A stretch of DNA of 17,729 bases. Origin: Myxococcota bacterium (GTDB lineage Bacteria; Myxococcota; JACRCW01). A program made the position numbers and the translations under genes. Shown here piece after piece: positions 1 through 7,824 of this stretch. The first letter of the stretch is position 1. Every line of letters starts with the position of its first letter. The stretch is taken from the NCBI GenBank assembly GCA_040752415.1, contig JBFMGU010000216.1, positions 1 through 17,729 of the forward strand, written 5' to 3'. The notes below the pieces were generated by a model. The model was not told the DNA's origin. It saw only the letters and a program-made list of their open reading frames with translations, and did not search any database.

Positions 1-804
1 GAACCCGGGGCGCCCGACGCCAGCGTGCCCCCGGAGCCCACGCCCGACGCAGGCGCGCCCGTCGACCCGGCGCCGGATGCCGGCACCTCCGACCCGGTCA
101 CGCCCGACGCTGGCGTCGTGGAGCAGCCGGGGGACGGCCTGGACCCCACCGCGCTGCCCGCGGAGAACTTCGACCTGACGCACTGGAAGCTGACCATTCC
201 CGGTCCCACCGAGATCAAGCCGGACCAGCTGGCCAGCTACTCATCCAACTACTTCTATACGGACCCCGTCACCGGTGCCATGGCCTTCTGGCTGGATTCA
301 AGCGAGGAGGGCTCCACGGCTAACAGCAGCTATGTGCGTTCCGAGCTGCGCGAGATGATGGACCCCAATGACAAGACCGTGAACTGGCCCATGAGCGGGA
401 CGCACGTGCTCACCGCGGACCTGCAGCTCCTCTACACCAGCGAGACGCCCGACCAGGTGACGGTGCTCCAGATCCACGGCATCACCGACGACGGCGGCAA
501 CGTTCCTCCGCTGCTGCGCGTGGCCCTGATGGACGGCGACCTCTATGCCAAGGTGAAGACCAACGCGAGCGGCTCGGACACCGAGAGCGTGCTGCTGACC
601 ACCGGCATCAACAGTGATCGCTTCGTCACCGAGGTACGCGTGGTGGACTCGCGGCTCATCATCACCGTCAACGGCGTGGTGGAGCTGGATCGCGACGTTT
701 CGTTCTGGGATCACAGGAACTATTTCAAGGCGGGGCTGTACCCGCAGGCGCAGAGCGGCATCAGTGAAGCGCGCTTCTACGCCCTGACCGTGTCCCACCA
801 GTGA
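1..804 (+). CDS. Polysaccharide lyase family 7 (alginate lyase) behind a Pro/PDAG-rich stalk; 5' end lies outside the window
   Basis: The frame is open from base 1 (EPGAPDASVPPEP...) to TGA at 802-804. It carries the three PL7 signature motifs RSELREM, QIH and YFKAGLYPQ, plus FDLTHWKLTIP at the domain start. Confidence 0.9.
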   Translation, partial: EPGAPDASVPPEPTPDAGAPVDPAPDAGTSDPVTPDAGVVEQPGDGLDPTALPAENFDLTHWKLTIPGPTEIKPDQLASYSSNYFYTDPVTGAMAFWLDSSEEGSTANSSYVRSELREMMDPNDKTVNWPMSGTHVLTADLQLLYTSETPDQVTVLQIHGITDDGGNVPPLLRVALMDGDLYAKVKTNASGSDTESVLLTTGINSDRFVTEVRVVDSRLIITVNGVVELDRDVSFWDHRNYFKAGLYPQAQSGISEARFYALTVSHQ

Positions 805-813
805 CGTGAAGGG

Positions 814-1656
814 TCACCCCACGGCGTCAAAGCGTTGCACCTGGCGCCACGCCAGCAGCGCCGTGGCGGTACCCAACACCGTGGGCCACACCACGGCCAC
901 CAGCAGCGAGAGGTTGTTGCCCAGCGTGTTGGCCAGCCAGAACCCGACGGGCCCCAGGATGGACAGGTCAGGGTCCATGCCGCCCAGGATTCCCAGTCGG
1001 GCCGCTTCCACGGGATTGGCCGCCGCCAGCGCGAACACCGTGGGGGCGGGGATGTTCCAGCGCAACAGGATGCCCACCAGCGCAAAGTCATGCAGCGCCG
1101 CGGCGGCAATCCAGGCAATGAGCGCGTACACCACCGCACGCTCCGGCGTCCGCGCCGACGCACTGATCCACAGCCCCACGCCGGTGAACGCCCACGCCAA
1201 CGCCGCACAGATGCCAAAGGAGCGGAACGCGGTGTGCGCCGTCTCGCGGTCACCTTCCCAGACCAGCCCCAGGACGCCGGCCACCAGCAAGAGCGCCACC
1301 AGCGGCCCCACCAGCACCAGCGCGCGACTCAATGCCAGCGCGGTGAACCATTCTCCTCGTCGACACGGCTGGGTCAGCAGCATCTCCAGGAGCCCGCTGC
1401 TGCGCGCGCGCACCACCGACTGACTCGTGGCCACCAGCGCCAGCAACGGCACGGACAGCACCACCGCGTTGGCCACGTTGAGGATCACGCGCGACAGGCC
1501 GGTGAATCCCAGCACCGTGGACTCGCGCAGCCCCAACCACGTGAACACCGCGAACACCGCCGCGTAGGCCACGCAGGTGAAGAGCAGCCAACGGGAGCGG
1601 ATGGCGTCGGAGAGCTCCAGGCGCGTCAGCGCCACCACGTTGTCAGTGGTGCCCAT
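814..1656 (-). CDS. nosY: NosY, ABC-2-type permease of the NosDFY maturation transporter
   Basis: 280-aa multi-TM protein (ELSDAIRSRW..., LEMLLTQP, NPVEAAR). Last gene of the nos operon, with RBS GGAGGGAGG; overlaps the nosL stop by 14 bp. Confidence 0.88.
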   Translation of the reverse strand: MGTTDNVVALTRLELSDAIRSRWLLFTCVAYAAVFAVFTWLGLRESTVLGFTGLSRVILNVANAVVLSVPLLALVATSQSVVRARSSGLLEMLLTQPCRRGEWFTALALSRALVLVGPLVALLLVAGVLGLVWEGDRETAHTAFRSFGICAALAWAFTGVGLWISASARTPERAVVYALIAWIAAAALHDFALVGILLRWNIPAPTVFALAAANPVEAARLGILGGMDPDLSILGPVGFWLANTLGNNLSLLVAVVWPTVLGTATALLAWRQVQRFDAVG

Positions 1657-2080
1657 GGCCGCCTCCCTCCGCGCGCTTCTGCATCACGCGCTTGATCATG
1701 TCCGAGTAGGAGACCGTGCCCTGCTCCTCCCGCGTGGCGCTGAAACCGGAATCCATGGGCGTGCGCGCGCCATGGCGGTAGCGCGCGTGGGTGGCGTCCA
1801 ACCACACCGGCTCCGTCTCGTGGTGCACCCACGCGTGGTCCACCACCACCTCACCCTCCTGGAGCTTCTGCACCATGCAGCCGATGTCGTCGAAGTAGAG
1901 GCGCGCACCGTCCTTGGTGGTCACCTGCGCGGCGTAGGCGCGGTCACCCACCAGCATGGCGCAGTGCGCGCACTTCTCCTTGCCCCACACCGGGTCCACC
2001 GGCACGTCGGGACGCTCCTGGCAGGCCAGCACGAAGAGCCCCAGAACCGCGACGAAACACCACTTCATCCACGTCGTCAT
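1643..2080 (-). CDS. nosL: NosL, copper-chaperone lipoprotein
   Basis: Start placed at ATG 2080, which overlaps the nosF stop (ATGA) and follows RBS GGGGAG. Lipobox VLAC; NosL motifs CAHCAM, FDDIGCM and TPMDSG; His-rich end GGGHGHH. Confidence 0.88.
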   Translation of the reverse strand: MTTWMKWCFVAVLGLFVLACQERPDVPVDPVWGKEKCAHCAMLVGDRAYAAQVTTKDGARLYFDDIGCMVQKLQEGEVVVDHAWVHHETEPVWLDATHARYRHGARTPMDSGFSATREEQGTVSYSDMIKRVMQKRAEGGGHGHH

Positions 2081-2979
2081 GACGCACTCCCCTGCCAGGG
2101 CCGCATCCACGCGGCGCCTTCCCCGTCGGAGATGGTGAGGTCCTGCAACAGCTCACCGCGCTCCCGCACCAACCGCCCCACAATCGCCAGCTTCTCCGCG
2201 TGTCCCAGGTGCGCCGCCAGACGTCCCGGTCCCACCTGGCGGAACCCGAGGGTGCGGAGCTCGTCGGTGAAGACGGAAAGCTCGGGAGCGGCGCGCTTGA
2301 TCTCCACCTCCACGCGGAAGGTGGCCTCGGAATCCAGGTGCGTGGCCAGCGGGCAGTCGCGCACCACGCGGCCGTCGCGCAGCTCCACCACGCGGTCCAC
2401 CAACGTGCGCACCTCGTCCAGGCGGTGGGAGCAAAGGATCAGGATGCTCTCGCCCGCACGTTCGTGGACCTGCTCGAAGAACGCGGTGCGCGCCACGGGG
2501 TCCAGGTTCGCGGTGGGCTCGTCGCAGACCAGGATGGGCGCCTCCGTGGCCAGCGCCATGGCGGCCAGCAGCTTCTGCTTCTGCCCACCGGACAGGTCGC
2601 GGAACCGCGTGGGACGCAGCGCCTCCAGGTCCAGACCCAGGCGGGCCACCCGCGCGCGCACGTCGTCATACGTCCGGCCGCGCAGGGCGCAGAAGGCCCG
2701 CACCACCTCACCCACCGGGGCCTCCAGCGGCGGCGCAATCTGCGGGATGTACGCCACGTGACGCAGCGCCTCCTCGGGAGAACGCGCGGGGTCCACGCCC
2801 CGGATGCGCACCTGCCCCTCCACGCGTACCAGCCCGATCAGCGCCCGCAGCAACGTGGTCTTGCCCGAGCCATTGGCGCCAACGAAGGCCACGCGCTCAC
2901 CCGGCTCCACGCGCAGCGTGACGTCGTGCAGGGCCCGCACCCGGGAGAACGACTTGGAGACGTTGTTGACCTCGATCAC
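2077..2979 (-). CDS. nosF: NosF, ABC transporter ATP-binding subunit
   Basis: Walker A GANGSGKT, Q-loop YIPQ, signature LSGGQ, Walker B ILVCDEP and H-loop CSH. The GTG start overlaps the nosD stop (GTGA). Confidence 0.92.
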   Translation of the reverse strand: MIEVNNVSKSFSRVRALHDVTLRVEPGERVAFVGANGSGKTTLLRALIGLVRVEGQVRIRGVDPARSPEEALRHVAYIPQIAPPLEAPVGEVVRAFCALRGRTYDDVRARVARLGLDLEALRPTRFRDLSGGQKQKLLAAMALATEAPILVCDEPTANLDPVARTAFFEQVHERAGESILILCSHRLDEVRTLVDRVVELRDGRVVRDCPLATHLDSEATFRVEVEIKRAAPELSVFTDELRTLGFRQVGPGRLAAHLGHAEKLAIVGRLVRERGELLQDLTISDGEGAAWMRPWQGSAS

Positions 2980-4313
2980 GGCAGACTCCCCACCTCGCGC
3001 ATGCGCGGGCGCGCATCCACGAGCAACTGACGACGCGCCAGGAACGGAATGGCGTGCGCCACCGCGTCCACCAGCGCCATGGCGGCGGTGCCCTGGAAGA
3101 GCCGGATGGCGGGATGCGCGTCGGTGATCTCGTGGCCCAGCTTCTTCACCTCGAACGCCACGTCGCCGTGTCCGTCGTCATCCAGGTCGTAGCCGGCGTA
3201 GTCGCTCCAGCGGTTGCCGGTGAAGTCCACCCCCAGCACGTCGCCACCACCTTCCACCTCCACCACGAACCCGTTGTTCTCGAAGCTGTTGTCATGGAAT
3301 GAGACGCCGCGCTGGCTGCTGTGGAAGCGCAGCGCCACGTCGTTGAGCGCGAACGTGTTGCCAATGAAGTCCACCGGCTGCTCCACGACGCGCGGCGTGC
3401 GGTCCAGGTAGGTGCCGGTGGTGTTGCCCACCAGGCGGTTCCGACGCACGTGGACACCGTCGCTCTCCTTGAAGCCCAGGCCCACGCCCGCCGGTCCGCG
3501 TCCGCCGGCCAGCAGGTTGTCCTCCGCCACCAGGCGCGCGCTGTACATGACAAAGATCCCCACGGTGTTGTCGACGATGCGGCTGTTCCGCACCACGCTG
3601 TCGTGCGCGTACATGAAGTGCGTGCCGTAGCGCCCGTTGCGGATGGTGTTGCCATCCAGCGTCACGCGGCGGGAGTACCAGACCACCACGTCCCGGGTGT
3701 TCTCGACCAGGTTCCGCGCCACCACCGCGTCATGCGACTCCCAGACCTTGATGCCGTCGCCCTGCTCCGCGCCGTGCAGCCCGGGCTCACCCGCCACCCA
3801 GCAGTCCTGCACCGCGCACCCCGGGCACATCTCCAGCGAGATGCCGAAGAACGCGCCCTGCACACGCACGTGGCTCACCAGGTTGCCCTTGCCCTTGACG
3901 CGCACGCCCGCGTCCTCGGTGGTGTTGCGCCTCCCGGAGTTGCGCACCGTGAGGTTCTCCAGCGTGACGCCGTCCGCCACCACGTCCATCACGGTGCCTT
4001 CCCCGCGCCCGTCAATCACGGCGCCCGGCTCACCGCTGAGCGTGAGGGGGCGACGGATGTGCAGCGGTCCCTGGTACACGCCGGCCTTCAGCCAGATGTT
4101 TCGTGGTCCTTCGGGATCGTTTAGCCACGCGTGCAGCTCGCTGCTGTCGACGGGCGTGCGCGCGTGGGTGTCGGGCATGCGCTCCACCGGACCGGCGCGG
4201 AGGCCCGGCACCGGCCGCCCCAGCTCCGGCGGTTGGGCCGCGGACCGGGACGCCACCAGTCCCCCCACGACGAGGAGGAGCGCCAGCGGCAGGGTGATGC
4301 GCAGGGAGCCCAT
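2976..4313 (-). CDS. nosD: NosD, periplasmic beta-helix maturation protein
   Basis: Start placed at ATG 4313 (MGSLRITLPLALLLVVGGLVASRSAA, signal peptide), 10 bp after the nosB stop. Parallel beta-helix repeats; NosD motifs RYGTHFMY and GNRWSDYAGYDLDDDGHGD. Confidence 0.92.
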   Translation of the reverse strand: MGSLRITLPLALLLVVGGLVASRSAAQPPELGRPVPGLRAGPVERMPDTHARTPVDSSELHAWLNDPEGPRNIWLKAGVYQGPLHIRRPLTLSGEPGAVIDGRGEGTVMDVVADGVTLENLTVRNSGRRNTTEDAGVRVKGKGNLVSHVRVQGAFFGISLEMCPGCAVQDCWVAGEPGLHGAEQGDGIKVWESHDAVVARNLVENTRDVVVWYSRRVTLDGNTIRNGRYGTHFMYAHDSVVRNSRIVDNTVGIFVMYSARLVAEDNLLAGGRGPAGVGLGFKESDGVHVRRNRLVGNTTGTYLDRTPRVVEQPVDFIGNTFALNDVALRFHSSQRGVSFHDNSFENNGFVVEVEGGGDVLGVDFTGNRWSDYAGYDLDDDGHGDVAFEVKKLGHEITDAHPAIRLFQGTAAMALVDAVAHAIPFLARRQLLVDARPRMREVGSLP

Positions 4314-4323
4314 GGTCACGCCT

Positions 4324-5037
4324 TCAACGCGCCAGCCCCGCGCCCGGACCCACCAGCGCGCTGGGACAGACGGCGCCGCAGCTCCCGGCCCGGCTGCAGG
4401 AGGCACACACGCGACGACGGAGGTAGAACGCCACGGTGAGCAGCCCCAACGCCACCAGCACCAGCCAGAATCCCAGCTGCGGCGTGGCAAAGGTGCGGAA
4501 CTGCGCAATGACACCCTCGCCAAACATCGACGGCGTGAAGGGCGGGATCTTCAACGGCGCCTTGGGGTCCAGGTTGTTCCCGAAGCGGTGCATCCAATAC
4601 ATGTTGTCGACGATGAAGAGGGTGGGGAACAGCATTCCCGGCACCATCATCAGCGCGGAGAGCCTGCGCCCGGACAACAGGCTCAACGCCAGGACCAGGA
4701 TGCCCACCGCCGCCACGCCCCATCCCGCCAGACGACGTTCCACCGGCGCGGCTTCCTCCAGCTTGGCCATGCCGATGTAGTGGTTCAGCGTGTTGATCTC
4801 TCCAACGTCGCCGGAGACGCCGGTCAGGGAGATCGTGACGCTGAGGCCTTTGGGGTACTGCGGCGCGAACAGCGTGATGTTCCACCACGGTTGCGTGTAG
4901 CTCACCGCGTAGAGCACCACCGCGGCCAGCGCCAGCCCCACCACCGCCCACCGCAGGGCCAGGTTGCGCGGCTTGCGTGCGGGGGCGGTGTTGAGGACCG
5001 ACAGCGACGACGTGACGTGGGTGGCGGAGGCATTCAT
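4324..5037 (-). CDS. nosB: NosB, 4-TM membrane protein of clade II nos clusters, with a C-terminal Cys4 extension
   Basis: Start placed at ATG 5037, 2 bp after the cytochrome c stop. Contains the NosB hallmarks PWWNITLFAPQYPKGL, EINTLNHYIGM and FGNNLDPKAP, and lies between nosZ/nosC and nosD. Confidence 0.88.
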   Translation of the reverse strand: MNASATHVTSSLSVLNTAPARKPRNLALRWAVVGLALAAVVLYAVSYTQPWWNITLFAPQYPKGLSVTISLTGVSGDVGEINTLNHYIGMAKLEEAAPVERRLAGWGVAAVGILVLALSLLSGRRLSALMMVPGMLFPTLFIVDNMYWMHRFGNNLDPKAPLKIPPFTPSMFGEGVIAQFRTFATPQLGFWLVLVALGLLTVAFYLRRRVCASCSRAGSCGAVCPSALVGPGAGLAR

Positions 5038-5039
5038 GG

Positions 5040-5516
5040 TCACTTCTCGTTGGCTTTCAGGTAGGCCATGAGCGCGGGCAGCTCGGTGGCCGGGTCCACG
5101 CCCTGGTTCGGCATGGGGAGCATGTACGTCTTGAACAGCTCCTTGGCCGCGGGGTCCTGTTGGATCATCAGGTCCGGGCGCAGGATCATGCGCTGCGTCC
5201 ACTTGAGCGAGCGGCGCTCGGTGACGCCCTTGAGGTCAGGGCCCACCAGCTTTCCACCGCCGATCTTGTGGCACGCACCACATCCCTTGGAGCCGAAGAG
5301 CTCCTTGCCCTTCTCGACGTCCGCCGCCGCCGTGCTGATCGTCGCCAGGGGAGCGACAATCGCCTCGGGACCGTCCGCGGTGACCGCCGGAGCGGCGGGC
5401 GGGGCGGGTGCGGCGGCCGGCGCCGGCGCGGAAGCCTCCTCGGGGGGAGCCTCCTCCGCACGGGTGCAGGCCACCAGGAACGCCGCAGCCATCAACGAGA
5501 GTGCAACCGACTTCAT
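5040..5516 (-). CDS. nosC: Monohaem cytochrome c lipoprotein (NosC-type electron donor to NosZ)
   Basis: Lipobox LVAC, Ala/Pro linker, single haem motif CGACH, GPDL and a distal Met region (MLPMPN). RBS AGGAGG; directly downstream of nosZ. Confidence 0.85.
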   Translation of the reverse strand: MKSVALSLMAAAFLVACTRAEEAPPEEASAPAPAAAPAPPAAPAVTADGPEAIVAPLATISTAAADVEKGKELFGSKGCGACHKIGGGKLVGPDLKGVTERRSLKWTQRMILRPDLMIQQDPAAKELFKTYMLPMPNQGVDPATELPALMAYLKANEK

Positions 5517-5545
5517 GATACCTCCTAAACTTCACGAATGGGACT

Positions 5546-7528
5546 TCAACGCTTCTTCGGCTTCACCAGCAGGTAACCCGCCATCTCCAGGTGCAGCGCC
5601 GAGCAGAACTCCGTGCAGAAGAACGGGTAGACGCCGGGCCGGTCGGCCTTGAACGTCAGGTTCTCGTGCTTGCCGGGCTCCAGGCTGAGGTTCACGTTGT
5701 GCATGTTGAACGTGAGCCCGTGGGTCTGGTCCTCGCTCTGCTCCAGGCTGGTGATGTGGACGTTCACCGTGTCGCCTTCCTCCACGACGATCTGGTCCGG
5801 AGTGAAGTGGCTGCGGATGGCGGTCATGTAGACGTCCACCACGTTGCCCTTGCGCTCAATGCGCTCCTGGCCGGCCATCACCGCGTGCTCATCCTTCTGC
5901 ATGGTCCCGGGGTTGGTGCCCACGGGGTAGACCTTGAGCGGCTTGAGCTTGTCGGCCTTGATCATCTGGCTGTAGTGCGGCTCACCAATGCCAATGGGCG
6001 CGTCCACCAGCACCTTCATCTGCGGGCTGGCAATGTCCACCAACTGGAAGTTCTGCGGATAGAGCGGGCCCACGCCGGTGAACCGGTCAATGGACATCTT
6101 GTTCATGGCCACCACGTACTTGCCGTCGGGGCTGATGGTGTCACCCTCCGCCGCCAGGATGTGGCCGATGTTGTAGTGGACGCTGAGCTTCTCGATGGTG
6201 CGCAGCTCCTTGAGCGACCACTTGGCCACCGCGCTCTCCAGGAACACGCTGGTGTACGCGTTGCCCTGGTTGTCATAGACGGTGTGCAGCGGGCCCAGGC
6301 CAATCTCCACCTGGCCGCGGATGGCCTCCTTGAACGGCAGGATGGGAATCCCGTAGACGTCCTTGCCTTCGTACTTCTTCGCCTCGATGAGGCCCTTGAT
6401 CTTCTCGAAGGAGTAGACGGTGGCGTGCGTGTCCAGCTTGCCGCCCACCACGATGTCCACACCGTCCGGCGTCACGTCCACGCCGTGCGGGCTCTTGGGC
6501 TCACCAATGAGGGAGAGCACACCCTCCTCCGCCGCGGTGGTCATGCTGAGCACGCGCATGCCCTTGATGGTGGTGGTCTTGCCCGCGGCCACCAGCTGCT
6601 CGGCCTTCTTCCAGTTGATGACGTGGAGGTAGTCCATGTCGTTCTGGGAGGCGCCGGACTCAATGGGCGGCTTGCCATCCATCACGCCACCGGTGGCCAT
6701 CTCGGTGTTGAAGGAGTTGATGAACACCCAGCCGTCGCTGACCAGCTTGCCGGCGTCGGCGAGGTCCTGCGTGTAGGGCGGCAGCTCCAGCGCCCAGCTC
6801 TTGCTCTGGTCAATGCGGCCGGTCTTGCGGTCGAACTTCCAGAAGATGGCCACGCCCCGGTACTTGTCCTTGTACTCGTCCAGCGTGGCGTAGGTGCGGC
6901 CCAGCGGCGCGGGGTACTGGCTGGTCTCGATGATGTATTCGGTGTTCGGGTCGACGAACGCGCCGCCGTGGTCACTGGCCGCCAGCGGGTTGGCCACGAT
7001 CTGCTTGGTGCTGAAGTCCGCCAGGTCCACCACGGCCACGCGCGCATTGGCCTTGTCGTTCACGAACAGGAACTTGCCGTCGTACTCGCCGCCCGTCTCG
7101 GAGAGGTTGGGGTGATGCACGTCGGCCCAGGTGATGGGTCGGCCGTCCTGGTAGCCACCCTCCAACACCTTGTTGCCCTCTTCACCGCCGTAGCCGTAGC
7201 CCTGCCAGGGTTCCGGGGTGAAGACGCCAATGACCTTCAACAGGCGCATGGATGGGACGCCAATGACCAGCACCTGTCCGGACTGACCGCCGGAGGCGAA
7301 GATCATGTAGTCGTCCTGCTTGCCGGTGGGGTTGTAGGTCTTTAGTGCTGCTTCAACATCCGCTTCGCTCAGGCCGCGCGCGGTCATCAGCTCCTTGATG
7401 GAGGAAGAGGTGGCGGCGGCGGGGGCGGCCTTCTGGCCCCCCGAGGACTTGGCGGGAGTGCAGCTATAGGCGAGGCCGATGGCGCCAACTGCCACCGCCA
7501 CGGCTCCCAGGGTTTTCCATGCACGCAT
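5546..7528 (-). CDS. nosZ: Clade II (Sec-type) nitrous-oxide reductase NosZ
   Basis: 660 aa. All seven CuZ His are recognisable (DVHH, SDHGG, SPHG, GPLH, IGH, EPH), and the CuA domain has THG...CTEFCSALHLEM. No twin-arginine motif; DxHH/EPH rather than clade I DxHHxH/EPHD; FASGGQSGQ and PSMRLLKVIGVF motifs present. Confidence 0.97.
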   Translation of the reverse strand: MRAWKTLGAVAVAVGAIGLAYSCTPAKSSGGQKAAPAAATSSSIKELMTARGLSEADVEAALKTYNPTGKQDDYMIFASGGQSGQVLVIGVPSMRLLKVIGVFTPEPWQGYGYGGEEGNKVLEGGYQDGRPITWADVHHPNLSETGGEYDGKFLFVNDKANARVAVVDLADFSTKQIVANPLAASDHGGAFVDPNTEYIIETSQYPAPLGRTYATLDEYKDKYRGVAIFWKFDRKTGRIDQSKSWALELPPYTQDLADAGKLVSDGWVFINSFNTEMATGGVMDGKPPIESGASQNDMDYLHVINWKKAEQLVAAGKTTTIKGMRVLSMTTAAEEGVLSLIGEPKSPHGVDVTPDGVDIVVGGKLDTHATVYSFEKIKGLIEAKKYEGKDVYGIPILPFKEAIRGQVEIGLGPLHTVYDNQGNAYTSVFLESAVAKWSLKELRTIEKLSVHYNIGHILAAEGDTISPDGKYVVAMNKMSIDRFTGVGPLYPQNFQLVDIASPQMKVLVDAPIGIGEPHYSQMIKADKLKPLKVYPVGTNPGTMQKDEHAVMAGQERIERKGNVVDVYMTAIRSHFTPDQIVVEEGDTVNVHITSLEQSEDQTHGLTFNMHNVNLSLEPGKHENLTFKADRPGVYPFFCTEFCSALHLEMAGYLLVKPKKR

Positions 7529-7585
7529 TGTTGTCTGCTCCGGGACGAGGTGAAATCTCGTGAAAGGCGACCGGAACCCGCCCTG

Positions 7586-7602
7586 TGCAAGGGGTGTGAC
7601 AA
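7586..7602 (-). promoter_or_regulatory. Possible sigma54-like -24/-12 element upstream of nosZ
   Basis: The minus strand reads TTGTCAC-ACCCC-TTGCA against consensus TGGCAC-N5-TTGCW. Spacing is right and it is 57 nt before the nosZ ATG, but the nearly invariant GG is GT. Confidence 0.25.
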
Positions 7603-7807
7603 CGCGCGTGTGATTGCGGAAAGCCTACATCGCCCCGAAAGACGCGAAGGAAGTGCGCTTGGACGCAAAGGTTGTCGCGCGGGCGTGAGCGACGGAACCC
7701 AGCGGTATCCCGCCGAGAATCCGAACGAAGCGAACGGATCCGCGGTGCGTTGCAGATTCTGCGTCATGGGTTCCCGGTTGCGGGCGCGTCGGGACGTCAG
7801 CTGCGCA

Positions 7808-7823
7808 CCCGGGAAAGCCCGGG
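7808..7823 (-). terminator. Short GC hairpin immediately after the fibre gene stop
   Basis: CCCGGG-CTTT-CCCGGG begins 1 nt after the TAG at 7825-7827. There is no U-tract, so it is at most a weak terminator or pause site. Confidence 0.2.
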
Positions 7824-7824
7824 A

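Noticed and set aside
4314..5202. Longer ORF-track starts for nosD (4523) and nosB (5202); likewise nosL (2110), fibre (11463), lipoprotein (12176) and hydrolase (13280)
   Set aside because: These extensions overlap neighbouring genes. Downstream starts give proper signal peptides, RBSs or translational coupling.
5591..7345. 584-aa + strand ORF, and other long + strand ORFs over the nos operon (1577-2761, 3637-5064)
   Set aside because: Antisense shadows of well-supported nos genes.
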